Virus record (IMG/VR): IMGVR_UViG_3300033067_000454 | Span: 1-25,399 of that record | Origin: a virus | Lineage: Duplodnaviria > Caudoviricetes | Direction: 5' to 3' (one strand) | Length of the DNA: 25,399 bases | Shown here: piece after piece, positions 8,045 through 17,460 of the stretch | Position numbering within the stretch: the first letter of the stretch is position 1 | How the letters are laid out: each line of letters opens with the position of its first letter | Position numbers and translations under genes: made by a program | The notes under the pieces: generated by a model | What the model was told of the DNA's origin: nothing | The model's input: only the letters and a program-made list of their open reading frames with translations | Databases searched by the model: none

Positions 8045-9682
8045 CTAATGTATCTTAGCAGACTCCTCAATGCTTGTAATCTTTTTAGTTGAATCTGTTA
8101 TATCAGTTTCTAAAACAAATACCCTTTGATTCATTGGCTTATCTATCACCTTACCCTCATCACTTATCTTAGTTACTGAGTTGTTAGGTTGTGCTATTGC
8201 CGGAGCTGATGCCGTAGCCCCCCCGCCTCCTCCTCCGATATCTCCAATGTTAGCAGATGAACTTCCCCCATCCTCAAACTTTTGAGCCAATGCTGCGATA
8301 GTTGCAGCAGTACCCATAGCGGAGTTTATACCAGCTAAAACCCATGATAATGGAGGGGGATTAGAACCGATAGCCTGAGTGATAGATTGAATTGTATTTA
8401 GGACTATTTGAGCAACAGCAAAAGCCTTGTTAAGCTGAAATTGTTTCTTTTTAATTTCCTTCTCTCTATCAGCATTTCCCTTAGCTTGTTTTAATTGCCA
8501 TTTAAAATATAAATCCGTTAACCCCTGAGTAGCTTGTAATGCCTGAACTGTTACGGCTAATGATTGTTTTTTAAATGCCTTTTCGTTTTCTAAATTTTGT
8601 TCGTTACGTTTAACATCAGCGATATCCTTAGCCTGTTTTGCGTTTTGCTCTTGTGTATAAGAATCATTTTGATATTCAGCCTCCGCCTCTAATACAGATT
8701 GGTTTAAAGCATTTATTTCATCTATCTTAGCTTGTTTCTCTCTCTCTGCCTCATCTTTACGGGCTTGTTCAAACTTTGCTACCTCCGCCTGATGCTGTCT
8801 TAATAATTCTTCATCATGCTCTTTATTCAGCTTAGCCTTATCCTCTAAATGTTTCTTATAATTGTCCCTATCCTCCTTTTGATGATTAAGCTCTATAACT
8901 GTTTGCTGTGTACGGGCATCCTTTATAACCTCTAAACTCGCTGTTAATTGCTTAGTCTGTTCTTCTGTCATCTCACCACCCGCACGAACAAAAGCCTCAA
9001 TCTGTTTTACTATCTGAACATTAGTATCAATAATAGCTTGTTGCTTTGCCTTCTCCATTTCAACAGTACTCTTTCCCGCTGCCTTAGCAACTTGCATCTG
9101 TCTGTCAAACTCCTTTGTCTGTTGACCTAAAGCCTCATTAGCCTTAGTCGCATTCTCAACAACAGACTCACCCATCTTATCAAGCTCACTATTAGTTAAT
9201 CCAATAGCATCCGTTAAAGCATACAGCCCATCCTTAATCCACCCTATTAAATCACCTATCGGCTTTAATGCCTTTGCTAATATCCCCGAACCTGATGATA
9301 ATTCCTTAAAGTTTTGAATGAGGTACATCACCCCCTCAACTATTAAGAATATAGGAATTGCCTTAAACGCAGCTCCCAATCCACCCAATGAGGCTTTTAT
9401 CTTACCTAAGTCAAAATTAGTTAAGCCCTCAGTAAATAATTTAAAACTCTTATTAGCCCTCTCAACACCCGACCCCGTTAAAGTATTAAACGAATCGTTT
9501 AAGTCCCCTAACTTACCCTCTGTGTTGTTAATCGACTTGGTTAATTTATTAAACTGAGCAGAACCAGCCTCAACATTGTTAAGCTCATTCTTTAACTCCT
9601 TTAAAGATTTTTTTAACTCCTGTACAGTCGCAGCCGATTCAGCAGTCTTAATCTTAAAATCTATTACTATTTCTTCAGCCAT
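8045..9682 (-). CDS. Tape measure protein (545 aa)
   Basis: Ala/Lys/Glu/Gln-rich coiled-coil sequence, amphipathic Gly/Ala-rich segments, a Gly linker, and a C-terminal RVFVLETDIT motif. Confidence 0.8.
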   Translation of the reverse strand: MAEEIVIDFKIKTAESAATVQELKKSLKELKNELNNVEAGSAQFNKLTKSINNTEGKLGDLNDSFNTLTGSGVERANKSFKLFTEGLTNFDLGKIKASLGGLGAAFKAIPIFLIVEGVMYLIQNFKELSSGSGILAKALKPIGDLIGWIKDGLYALTDAIGLTNSELDKMGESVVENATKANEALGQQTKEFDRQMQVAKAAGKSTVEMEKAKQQAIIDTNVQIVKQIEAFVRAGGEMTEEQTKQLTASLEVIKDARTQQTVIELNHQKEDRDNYKKHLEDKAKLNKEHDEELLRQHQAEVAKFEQARKDEAEREKQAKIDEINALNQSVLEAEAEYQNDSYTQEQNAKQAKDIADVKRNEQNLENEKAFKKQSLAVTVQALQATQGLTDLYFKWQLKQAKGNADREKEIKKKQFQLNKAFAVAQIVLNTIQSITQAIGSNPPPLSWVLAGINSAMGTAATIAALAQKFEDGGSSSANIGDIGGGGGGATASAPAIAQPNNSVTKISDEGKVIDKPMNQRVFVLETDITDSTKKITSIEESAKIH

Positions 9683-9795
9683 TTGGCAATACTTTTAATG
9701 TGTCTTTTTAAATCCTTATCTGTTAATCCGGCTAAAGCAGTCAGAGAAACTAATCCTAACTTTACCTTGTCGCTTACTTCTATAAATTTTTCCAT
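9667..9795 (-). CDS. Small hypothetical protein, 42 aa (MEKFIEVSDKVKLGLVSLTALAGLTDKDLKRHIKSIAKWLKK)
   Basis: Below the track size limit. Starts in a TAATG overlap with the upstream stop, fills the gap and overlaps the tape measure start. Confidence 0.65.
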   Translation of the reverse strand: MEKFIEVSDKVKLGLVSLTALAGLTDKDLKRHIKSIAKWLKK

Positions 9796-10562
9796 TATGC
9801 TATTTTTTCTATTACTAATGTAAATCCAGCTTTACAAGTTGTAACAGCAGTTGTTTCACTTCTGAATCTTAACTGTGCTGTTCCTGTATTTGCTCCAGTT
9901 ATTAATATTCCTTCGCCTGATACTGGATAGGTAGATGTTCCGGGCATACCACTACTCACACCAACACTCGCATCATCCGCAATCGAATGACCTCCGCTTG
10001 TTGTACCTGTGTTAGCTAATTGGTGGTCAAATTTTACTCCTATTGAAGTAACCGCAGAACTTAAATCAAATTGAAATCCACACCCAGTAGTAGCTGCTGT
10101 TGGCTGAACATTACCCATAAACCAAATCCTATATTTAGAATTAGCCGCATAATTAAATACTAATCCTGTTAATGATACAGGAGTTACATTCGCTCCAGTT
10201 GCTTGGTCACTTGCTAATGTTGCTACTAAATGATATCCACTCGAAACGACTAAATCACCACTACCTAATACACTCGAACCGTTAATTGTCTTAATGTTTG
10301 TTGCTGAAACTAATGTAGCTTGTTTTGCGTTTAACGCATTGTTTAAATCAGTTTGATTAGATAGCGTTCCTGTAATTGAACCCCATGCAGAACCACCTCC
10401 GCCTGTTGTGTTCTTAACCCATGCCGATGCAGACTCATAAAATACATCCCCTGTATCCTCCTCAATAAGCAAATACCCCGTTAAAGCAGTAGGCTTTGTA
10501 TCGCTACTCAAACAAGTTATTAATGCTTTATTGTCCCTTAATCTTAAATACTTAATTGCCAT
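9795..10562 (-). CDS. Tail fibre/accessory virion protein (255 aa)
   Basis: Thr/Ser/Gly-rich, has a GGGG linker, shares two motifs with the 1-2081 protein, and has a beta-rich C-terminal domain. Confidence 0.65.
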   Translation of the reverse strand: MAIKYLRLRDNKALITCLSSDTKPTALTGYLLIEEDTGDVFYESASAWVKNTTGGGGSAWGSITGTLSNQTDLNNALNAKQATLVSATNIKTINGSSVLGSGDLVVSSGYHLVATLASDQATGANVTPVSLTGLVFNYAANSKYRIWFMGNVQPTAATTGCGFQFDLSSAVTSIGVKFDHQLANTGTTSGGHSIADDASVGVSSGMPGTSTYPVSGEGILITGANTGTAQLRFRSETTAVTTCKAGFTLVIEKIA

Positions 10563-13500
10563 TATAATATCCTATAAGTAAAATGAAAATAGTGAGCATG
10601 ATTAGTTGAGTCTGTATCAACCATATTCAAACTTGCTCTATTGTTTGTAGTATCCGCTTTAATATATCCCGGATCATCCCCAGATGCAACACCGATAGCA
10701 GTCCCCGAACAATGAAACACCTGAGTAAAATCACTTGCAATAGGCAAACTAATTCCTAACTCAATAGCACCCGGTGATGTTTGGTCTATGTTACACGCAC
10801 CCGAAACAGTTACAACTCTACCAACTCTCGAATATTGACAACTAAAAGCCTCACTAACGCTTATATTCGTTACGTTTGTTAATGTAGGCGTGTATGTCCC
10901 AGCCATTATATTACTATCTCCACTCGTTGGTAATCCATCCCCCACCTCGAATGTATTTGATGTTGTTATTGTTTTATTCTCAACACCAATACCCGTATAA
11001 TCATAAACAAAATCGGAGATAGTTAAGCCCTCACAATTCATTAATGTAATACCCGAACAACCATAACCAACACTAACACCAGAACACCCAATCAAATTAA
11101 TGCTATCAGTACCCCCTAAAACACTCGATGTCTTAGTTGTGAGTATTGTAACCCTCATAGCACCCGTTGATACAAAATTATTATCACCCGATACAAAGCT
11201 ACCCGTTGCACCTACTCTGTTATTATCCCCTATTATTACATTATCAGCATTGCCATAATTAGTATCTTCAGGATACATACCAAACACCCTCGCAGTCATT
11301 CCAACATTCGTATCATTAGTTACCATAGCACTAAGTGAAATGTTAGAAGTCGGAGTATAAGCAGAGGCTGTCTTAATCTTTAATAACTCAACCTTAGTTA
11401 ATCCAGGCTTAATCTTATTATAATCGCTTATCTTATTGACAAAGTATAAAGTATCCTTAACATAAATCTTATCTCTAAAATCAAACTGTGCAATATCTAA
11501 AGGGGTTAAATAGAAGTAAGCAGTTACTATCCTTGAATCCCTATCTGTAATCTCAGCAATAAGCTTTGAGTACTTAGAATTATAAACATTGTTAGTAGTG
11601 TATGAATCAGGAGTATAAAAAACCTCATTAGGAACACCAAACTCTAAGCTCTCTGTCGGGTTTAATGGGTCATCAACCATAGCACAAGCCGGATAAATAC
11701 CATAGGCAACAGTAGTCCCGCCTAAAGCATCAGGCACAGGAGCAACATAATTCCACGTACCGCCTGTCATTGTCTTTTGACCATTATAGGCTAATATCCT
11801 TATATTGTGTTTAGTTGGGTTTACATTCGTACCATCATAACTAAATATCTTAGGAATGATTAGACTATTGTTAGGATTATTGACAATAGGAGTAGGGCTG
11901 AATATAACCTCATTCTTATCTGTCTTATCGCTAAAATCATTTGTTATAACCTCCTTATGCGTACCGTAAACCTCCCCATTAGCATCCTCATAACGCTTAT
12001 TGTAATAATCAGAATCAGATTTATAAGTCCAAATAAAATTCTTAATGTCAATCTCAGGCATTAACTTAATATTGAAATTTTGGTTAATCGCTAACTTAGA
12101 ACTCCAATCCTTTGTAACACCCGTAGAGTAATAATCATCCCTCGGTTCAATTATATAGTTGTTAGAATCATTAGGGTCTTCATCAACATAAAGATTACCT
12201 AACTTGATAATAGACATTAAAAAGTCCTTTTGTTTTATATCTCTCGGTATCGCATCATTAAATGTTAATGTTTGTCCACTTGCATAGTTATTCGTTACTA
12301 AGGCAGCTTTAATCGTAGCCGAACTAACAAATCTCCAATCCATTACAACAGTACCCGACACAGGCAAACTGCCAGCATCTAAGAACTGATGTAAATATCC
12401 CGTAAGATTAGCAGCACATGGATGAATCTGCATCCTAATTTTATCCCCAGCACTTAACCCCCATGCCGGAGTAGTGTATGAATAAGTAAATGTTTGGTAA
12501 GTGGTTGTAATTACTGTTGAATAATTCTGTGTAAAATTATATCCTATATTCCACGTAGCCCCACCATCAGTAGACACCCATAATGTAATGGCAACTGGCC
12601 ATACATAACTCGGAGCTTGTAGTTGAATAGTAGCAGTACCCGCTGGAACAGAGCTAAACTTAACTTCAAAATCAGCCTTACCCGCTATGTTATAATTACC
12701 CGCCTGACCTACTGTAAATATTCCCGTAGTCGGGTCGTATCTATTTCCTGTATCAACAAATGGAGAGGTAGTATCATCATTGAACTTCATATTGTATGAA
12801 GTGTTATAAGGTGTCAATGAATCACCACACCAAAACAAACCACCACTTAAAGCCTCACTAACTGAATTAGCAGTACTCAACCCAGTATCACCCGCATAAA
12901 ACTCATACTGTGCAAGGTTAGCAGAACTCATTGTGAACTTCTCTCCGTTGTTTGGCACAATCCACCTCTTAAACCATGTTGTGTTAAAGAATGATGAAGT
13001 ATAAGTCTTACCAGCAGCAGCAAATATCCTATCAATATACTCCTTTACAAACACCGCTGGTCTGAAATGCTCAACACTAAATGAATTAGTGAGAATGTTA
13101 TTATAACCATAGTCAATTAAAGGATAAACATAATTCTCTCCTAATGTTGTTAGCCATGTTGCCTTCTGATTAACCCTATTATAAACGTGGTTAAGGTCGC
13201 TGAAATCTAAATCCTGTAACTTACTATCGCCAATAGCCCCAAACAATCCACGATTATCACCCAACAAATTAACATCATAGGTTACCTTTTGAGTATCATT
13301 AACCAATTCTACATTAATCTCCCTTAATCTTAAATATCCCCTAAATACCTCTATGCTATCTTGCAACACCCAACACTCTGTTCTTATGTTTGGATTAAAA
13401 GCATTAGTAGCTACATTAACATCAAATACGTGTTCAAAGAACTCGTTATTAGTAGATGAACCGGGTAGCTTAACTGTCTTACTAAATGCCCCGTTCCGCT

Positions 13501-13612
13501 TAGAGGGGTCTTTAATATCAGCGATAGCAAAGTTTAAACTTACAGGAACATCATCCAATAAATCCAAACTCGCATTAGTTGTTGAGGTCTTAACTATTAA
13601 TTCGGTTGTCAT
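10562..13612 (-). CDS. Tail tip/central fibre protein (1016 aa)
   Basis: N-terminal LDL..DVPVSLNFAIADIKD.SKR..AFSKT.KLPG...NN.FF, GDNN repeats near the C-terminus, and a terminal GTYTPT...YSRVGRVVTV fibre-head-like domain. Confidence 0.7.
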   Translation of the reverse strand: MTTELIVKTSTTNASLDLLDDVPVSLNFAIADIKDPSKRNGAFSKTVKLPGSSTNNEFFEHVFDVNVATNAFNPNIRTECWVLQDSIEVFRGYLRLREINVELVNDTQKVTYDVNLLGDNRGLFGAIGDSKLQDLDFSDLNHVYNRVNQKATWLTTLGENYVYPLIDYGYNNILTNSFSVEHFRPAVFVKEYIDRIFAAAGKTYTSSFFNTTWFKRWIVPNNGEKFTMSSANLAQYEFYAGDTGLSTANSVSEALSGGLFWCGDSLTPYNTSYNMKFNDDTTSPFVDTGNRYDPTTGIFTVGQAGNYNIAGKADFEVKFSSVPAGTATIQLQAPSYVWPVAITLWVSTDGGATWNIGYNFTQNYSTVITTTYQTFTYSYTTPAWGLSAGDKIRMQIHPCAANLTGYLHQFLDAGSLPVSGTVVMDWRFVSSATIKAALVTNNYASGQTLTFNDAIPRDIKQKDFLMSIIKLGNLYVDEDPNDSNNYIIEPRDDYYSTGVTKDWSSKLAINQNFNIKLMPEIDIKNFIWTYKSDSDYYNKRYEDANGEVYGTHKEVITNDFSDKTDKNEVIFSPTPIVNNPNNSLIIPKIFSYDGTNVNPTKHNIRILAYNGQKTMTGGTWNYVAPVPDALGGTTVAYGIYPACAMVDDPLNPTESLEFGVPNEVFYTPDSYTTNNVYNSKYSKLIAEITDRDSRIVTAYFYLTPLDIAQFDFRDKIYVKDTLYFVNKISDYNKIKPGLTKVELLKIKTASAYTPTSNISLSAMVTNDTNVGMTARVFGMYPEDTNYGNADNVIIGDNNRVGATGSFVSGDNNFVSTGAMRVTILTTKTSSVLGGTDSINLIGCSGVSVGYGCSGITLMNCEGLTISDFVYDYTGIGVENKTITTSNTFEVGDGLPTSGDSNIMAGTYTPTLTNVTNISVSEAFSCQYSRVGRVVTVSGACNIDQTSPGAIELGISLPIASDFTQVFHCSGTAIGVASGDDPGYIKADTTNNRASLNMVDTDSTNHAHYFHFTYRIL

Positions 13613-14886
13613 TATCCTCCTTGTCTAACATCTTGTAAAGCATTCTCAATCTCAATAGTAAAATTGAAACTCTTATCATTTACCTGTTGTTTTGTTTCGT
13701 AGCTCTTTAAAGAACACTTAACTGCTATCAATGCCGACTGATCGCCAATTACATTAGCATTATCAGGTATCTCTAATCTAACTTCAGGACTTGCAAACAA
13801 ATCCCTTAGCCATGTAGCCGTAGCATCATCAATCCAATCCGTATTTAAAGTCCACTTGTTTGTTAAAACAGTATTATAAGTAACCGTATCATTTGTGTAC
13901 TTCTCATAACGATAATCATTAGAGCCATTTAATGAGTATGGTATCTTTTTATAATCACTCGTTTCCTTATCAGTCTTATACCTTGAAACTAAATTGAATG
14001 TATAAGAATCATAATTGCCTAATCTGTTTAAGAAGTGAATAACATAACGGTTATACTTAGAGCAATAGTCATCAACATAAACAGTAAATGAATTAATCGT
14101 GGCAGTACCAAAATTAGTGGCACTACCCTCTATTGTATAGTATGATGTAGTTGTAGGGACTAATAATCCTCCAACACTTTGAGATACTATCGCACCTCCT
14201 GTGATATTATTAAGACCATAAGGAGAACAATTTAATGCAATCCAATTACGGAAGTAAGACAATGGATTCGATGTATCATAGTAAATATTCTCTAAAATAG
14301 CAGTCTGTATATTAGAACCCGTACTATCGTAACACTTCAATCTTAAATATCTTAAATTACCCGTACTAAACCCCCTGTTCCATGCCTTCATTAAATACTT
14401 TTGGTCATAATGAATAGTATCAGTTAATGAGGGACTAAGCGTTAAATCCTTTGCCACAGATGATGTAGCATAAACAAAATCAGCAAAGTCTATATTGTCA
14501 TAAGATGCGTTCCAAATGTAATAAGATGATGACACCCCGCTAAATGCCGACACAGGCGAACCGTACTCCTCATCAATACCTATCGTTACTTTCTTTAACT
14601 CACTAAAATCATCAACATCAGCCACAATGAAATCAGTTTCAGTATTGTGAAATGGACTTGTAATGTAATTACGGACAATAGGCTTAGGGTCAAAATATAA
14701 CTTGGAATTATCAGGTCGAGCCGGAATCTTTAATGTAGTGTTCTGATTATAATACCCGTTGTTAATCTCAACAGTTACCTTATACTTAAAGTTAGTTTGT
14801 CCTGAATTAGTAGAACTTGCTACAAAGTATTGGTTATTGTATGCTGGGGTGTGTGTTCCGGGTGTTGTTAAAATGGTAATTGCCAT
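13612..14886 (-). CDS. Putative distal tail/baseplate protein (424 aa)
   Basis: C-terminal FLNRLGNYDSYTF...WTLNTDWI...WLRDLFASPEV resembles structural proteins found before tail tip genes in Bacteroidota phages. TAATG-coupled on both sides. Confidence 0.55.
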   Translation of the reverse strand: MAITILTTPGTHTPAYNNQYFVASSTNSGQTNFKYKVTVEINNGYYNQNTTLKIPARPDNSKLYFDPKPIVRNYITSPFHNTETDFIVADVDDFSELKKVTIGIDEEYGSPVSAFSGVSSSYYIWNASYDNIDFADFVYATSSVAKDLTLSPSLTDTIHYDQKYLMKAWNRGFSTGNLRYLRLKCYDSTGSNIQTAILENIYYDTSNPLSYFRNWIALNCSPYGLNNITGGAIVSQSVGGLLVPTTTSYYTIEGSATNFGTATINSFTVYVDDYCSKYNRYVIHFLNRLGNYDSYTFNLVSRYKTDKETSDYKKIPYSLNGSNDYRYEKYTNDTVTYNTVLTNKWTLNTDWIDDATATWLRDLFASPEVRLEIPDNANVIGDQSALIAVKCSLKSYETKQQVNDKSFNFTIEIENALQDVRQGG

Positions 14887-15473
14887 TAGTCTAATGCTGT
14901 TTTAATTTCTAATATGTAACTCTTTTCAATCAATGGTTTAAGCATCATCTTTAATTCATTTTTACGATCATCATTAAGAACATCATCCATAAAGTGAGTA
15001 GGTTTTATTCCCTTCTCGGCTATACTTCTCCCGATAACAAATGCCAAACTCTTTCTCTTAGCATCTAAAGACATTTGTTTATACTTCTGTCTTATGCCCT
15101 TTGTCTTAATGCCTTTAATCTTTGTACTTCTCTTTTGGCTTAAGTCAATATTAATATGTCTTTTCTTTATAAACTTTAGTACCGCTTGTTGATTAATGTT
15201 CTTACCCTTAAACGCATACTTACTACCCCAATTCTTTTTAGTACCATCAACACCCTCATTAACAAACTTCCAATAATCATTCATTGTAAGCTGAAACCAA
15301 ACCTCACTACCTTTACTTAGTACCTTGTAATCAACAGAACCAGATAAAGCAGAGTTTTGACCTCCCCCATCCTCAGCAATAGCTATGTCGATAGCTTTCT
15401 TTGTGTCCCTTACTAACTTAACCCCCCACCTATTAAGAGCTGTTATTATTTGGTTATTAAGATTATCAGCCAC
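14886..15473 (-). CDS. Basic tail completion/neck protein, HK97 gp10-like (195 aa)
   Basis: SALSGS, YWKFVNEG and AFVIGRSIAEKGIKPTHFM fit the gp10-like pattern. Confidence 0.6.
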   Translation of the reverse strand: MADNLNNQIITALNRWGVKLVRDTKKAIDIAIAEDGGGQNSALSGSVDYKVLSKGSEVWFQLTMNDYWKFVNEGVDGTKKNWGSKYAFKGKNINQQAVLKFIKKRHINIDLSQKRSTKIKGIKTKGIRQKYKQMSLDAKRKSLAFVIGRSIAEKGIKPTHFMDDVLNDDRKNELKMMLKPLIEKSYILEIKTALD

Positions 15474-15774
15474 GCTTATTCTCTAACATTTGTTTCTCCA
15501 TAGTTTCAATGTCATACCTACTCTTATCCTTCATGAAACTTAAATCATTATAAAACTCATAAATAGTCTTACTATATTGCTCATCCCTCGACTCATTAAA
15601 AAATTCAGCCATCTGATAAACAACATACACCCAACCCCAATGCTCTACGAAACCTTGTATCCTTGTTCCTTCGCCCACTCCACTATCTCCCCCATCGTAT
15701 CCGCTATTGTTGCCTCTGCCTCTCTCAAATAGATTTCCATAACCGGACTCAACATCTCGAACACGCTGGAATAA
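15466..15774 (-). CDS. -1 frame extension of the tail assembly chaperone (GT-like; fusion ~263 aa)
   Basis: The track's 15466-15678 ORF is in the -1 frame and stays open back to the T9 run: LFQRVRDVESGYGNLFERGRG...QGFVEHWGWVYVVYQMA. Confidence 0.75.
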   Translation of the reverse strand, partial: LFQRVRDVESGYGNLFERGRGNNSGYDGGDSGVGEGTRIQGFVEHWGWVYVVYQMAEFFNESRDEQYSKTIYEFYNDLSFMKDKSRYDIETMEKQMLENKRG

Positions 15775-16256
15775 AAAAAAAGCGTACCATACACATCACC
15801 CATCCTTGCCTTTAACATATCAGCCTTAATCTCATTATGCCTCTTAGCATCATACTCCCTTGCACCCCCGTACCAATTAATAGGTAAAAAGATACAAGCT
15901 AATTGGTCTGCCAATAGCTCATGCCCTTTGGACTTCTCCTCATAATGCTTTAATGCTATTAACTGTCCAGCAGTTAACTTCTCGATGTTAGTCAATGGCT
16001 TATAAACATTTGTGCCAACAAATAACCACTTAGGGATATAATCGTTTAGAGTAGGATTGTCTAAGAAGTCTAACTCCTTATTCCATTCCCATATTTGCTC
16101 AGGGGTGTGTTGCTCAATAAAATCAATTGGTTTGCCCGATAAGGATGCTATTAGTTTAATAGCCCTTTCAAGGGGTTTCTTCTCTGACCTGATAATATGG
16201 TCAGCATCAATGAACTGTTTAACAGTTAAATGGTTATAGCTCTTAGGTAAAATCAT
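15645..16256 (-). CDS. Tail assembly chaperone, G-like (203 aa)
   Basis: Has an internal duplicated motif (LTVKQFI / LTAGQLI) and a slippery site at GTLFF. Confidence 0.7.
   Translation of the reverse strand: MILPKSYNHLTVKQFIDADHIIRSEKKPLERAIKLIASLSGKPIDFIEQHTPEQIWEWNKELDFLDNPTLNDYIPKWLFVGTNVYKPLTNIEKLTAGQLIALKHYEEKSKGHELLADQLACIFLPINWYGGAREYDAKRHNEIKADMLKARMGDVYGTLFFYSSVFEMLSPVMEIYLREAEATIADTMGEIVEWAKEQGYKVS
15773..15781 (-). other. Slippery sequence for programmed -1 frameshift (T9; in frame CTT TTT TTT TAT)
   Basis: Forms an X XXY YYZ heptamer (T TTT TTT) in the correct phase; the -1 frame is open for 102 codons. Confidence 0.75.
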
Positions 16257-16263
16257 TACCTAC

Positions 16264-16291
16264 AAGAGTGCAAAAATTTAGTTTTTATTAC
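16264..16291 (-). promoter_or_regulatory. Putative phage late promoter, copy 3 (GTAATAAA-N12-GCACTCTT)
   Basis: Exact bipartite motif overlapping the terL stop codon, 7 nt before ATG 16256. Confidence 0.8.
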
Positions 16292-17460
16292 GCAAAGTAA
16301 TACTTGCCCTTTAAAGCATTAGATAGTTTGTTTAATGCAATATATCGCATAGGGTCAATCAAGTGATTCATGTAATCAACTGGATGTCCCGTTAACTCAC
16401 CTTGCTTGTTAGCCTCCCAAACATAAGACCTTAACTCTTTGATTAAGTTAGTAGAATCCTTTGTTACGTGTATCTTATACCTTTGTAGAATGTCAATAGA
16501 TGCCCTAATAGAGTCTTGTCCCTTTTGTGCCGGACTAAGCCTAAACCCCAATCTCCTTAAATCCTCTATACTCTTAGGCTCTGAACTATCGGGTATAATC
16601 TCCTGACTCTTTAATACACCTAACTTATTTAGCCTATCAGCTATATCATTATTGGTTAGCCTTTGTTCATATATCAACTCCTTAAAGTAAAGCTCTCCGT
16701 TCAGTCTATAACAAACTAAGAACCCTGTTTGATCTATACTAAAACCCCAATCTAAACCATAAGCTACAAACTGAGCATCAGTAGGGATTGAATCAACTAT
16801 ATCCCAATTATCAAACACCGCCCCTTGCAATGTCCCTATCTCCCCATCAATATACACCCGACACCAATTAGCCCAATAAGATGAGGTTAAAGCCTTTTGC
16901 CTTGCTTGTTCTAAGTCCGTAATAACATTAGGAGGGAGAGCCTCATTGTCCTTATAGTTAAGAATTATAATCTCAGCATCATCCTCCTTTAATACTTCGG
17001 TGTGTGCCCAAAATGCCTCAGTAGGATTAAAGTCTAAGTAAATCTCATTTGATGTACGGATAGCTAACTGATAGTAAGACTCAAAGTTAATGTTGTTAGC
17101 CTCATTAATATACAGAACATTCCGCCTTGCACCCCTTAGCCTATCCTCTTGGTCTGTGCTAAAGAACTCAATATAAGACCCATTGCTAAATACATAGGTT
17201 AATAATGTACGGTTATAGTTAGAGTCAATCCATCTATTAGTACCTTGCATTATCTTTATAAAGTCTTTTAATGCCCCTCTCCTTAAATGGGGGATAGTTT
17301 CTGATACTACCGATATCTCTAAGCGTGGGGTACGGGCTGCCATATCAATAAGTATTGAAAGTATGGCAAATGTCTTTCCGGCACTTGTCCCGCCTTGTAT
17401 AACCTTTTTACGTTTGGTTAACTTAAGGATTCTATTTATTGCCGTTGTTCTCTTGAACAT
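16288..17460 (-). CDS. terL: Terminase large subunit, PBSX/Terminase_3-like (390 aa)
   Basis: Walker A QGGTSAGKT, Walker B LYINEAN, DFNP, nuclease motifs GLDWGF and NHLIDPMRY. Confidence 0.93.
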   Translation of the reverse strand: MFKRTTAINRILKLTKRKKVIQGGTSAGKTFAILSILIDMAARTPRLEISVVSETIPHLRRGALKDFIKIMQGTNRWIDSNYNRTLLTYVFSNGSYIEFFSTDQEDRLRGARRNVLYINEANNINFESYYQLAIRTSNEIYLDFNPTEAFWAHTEVLKEDDAEIIILNYKDNEALPPNVITDLEQARQKALTSSYWANWCRVYIDGEIGTLQGAVFDNWDIVDSIPTDAQFVAYGLDWGFSIDQTGFLVCYRLNGELYFKELIYEQRLTNNDIADRLNKLGVLKSQEIIPDSSEPKSIEDLRRLGFRLSPAQKGQDSIRASIDILQRYKIHVTKDSTNLIKELRSYVWEANKQGELTGHPVDYMNHLIDPMRYIALNKLSNALKGKYYFA

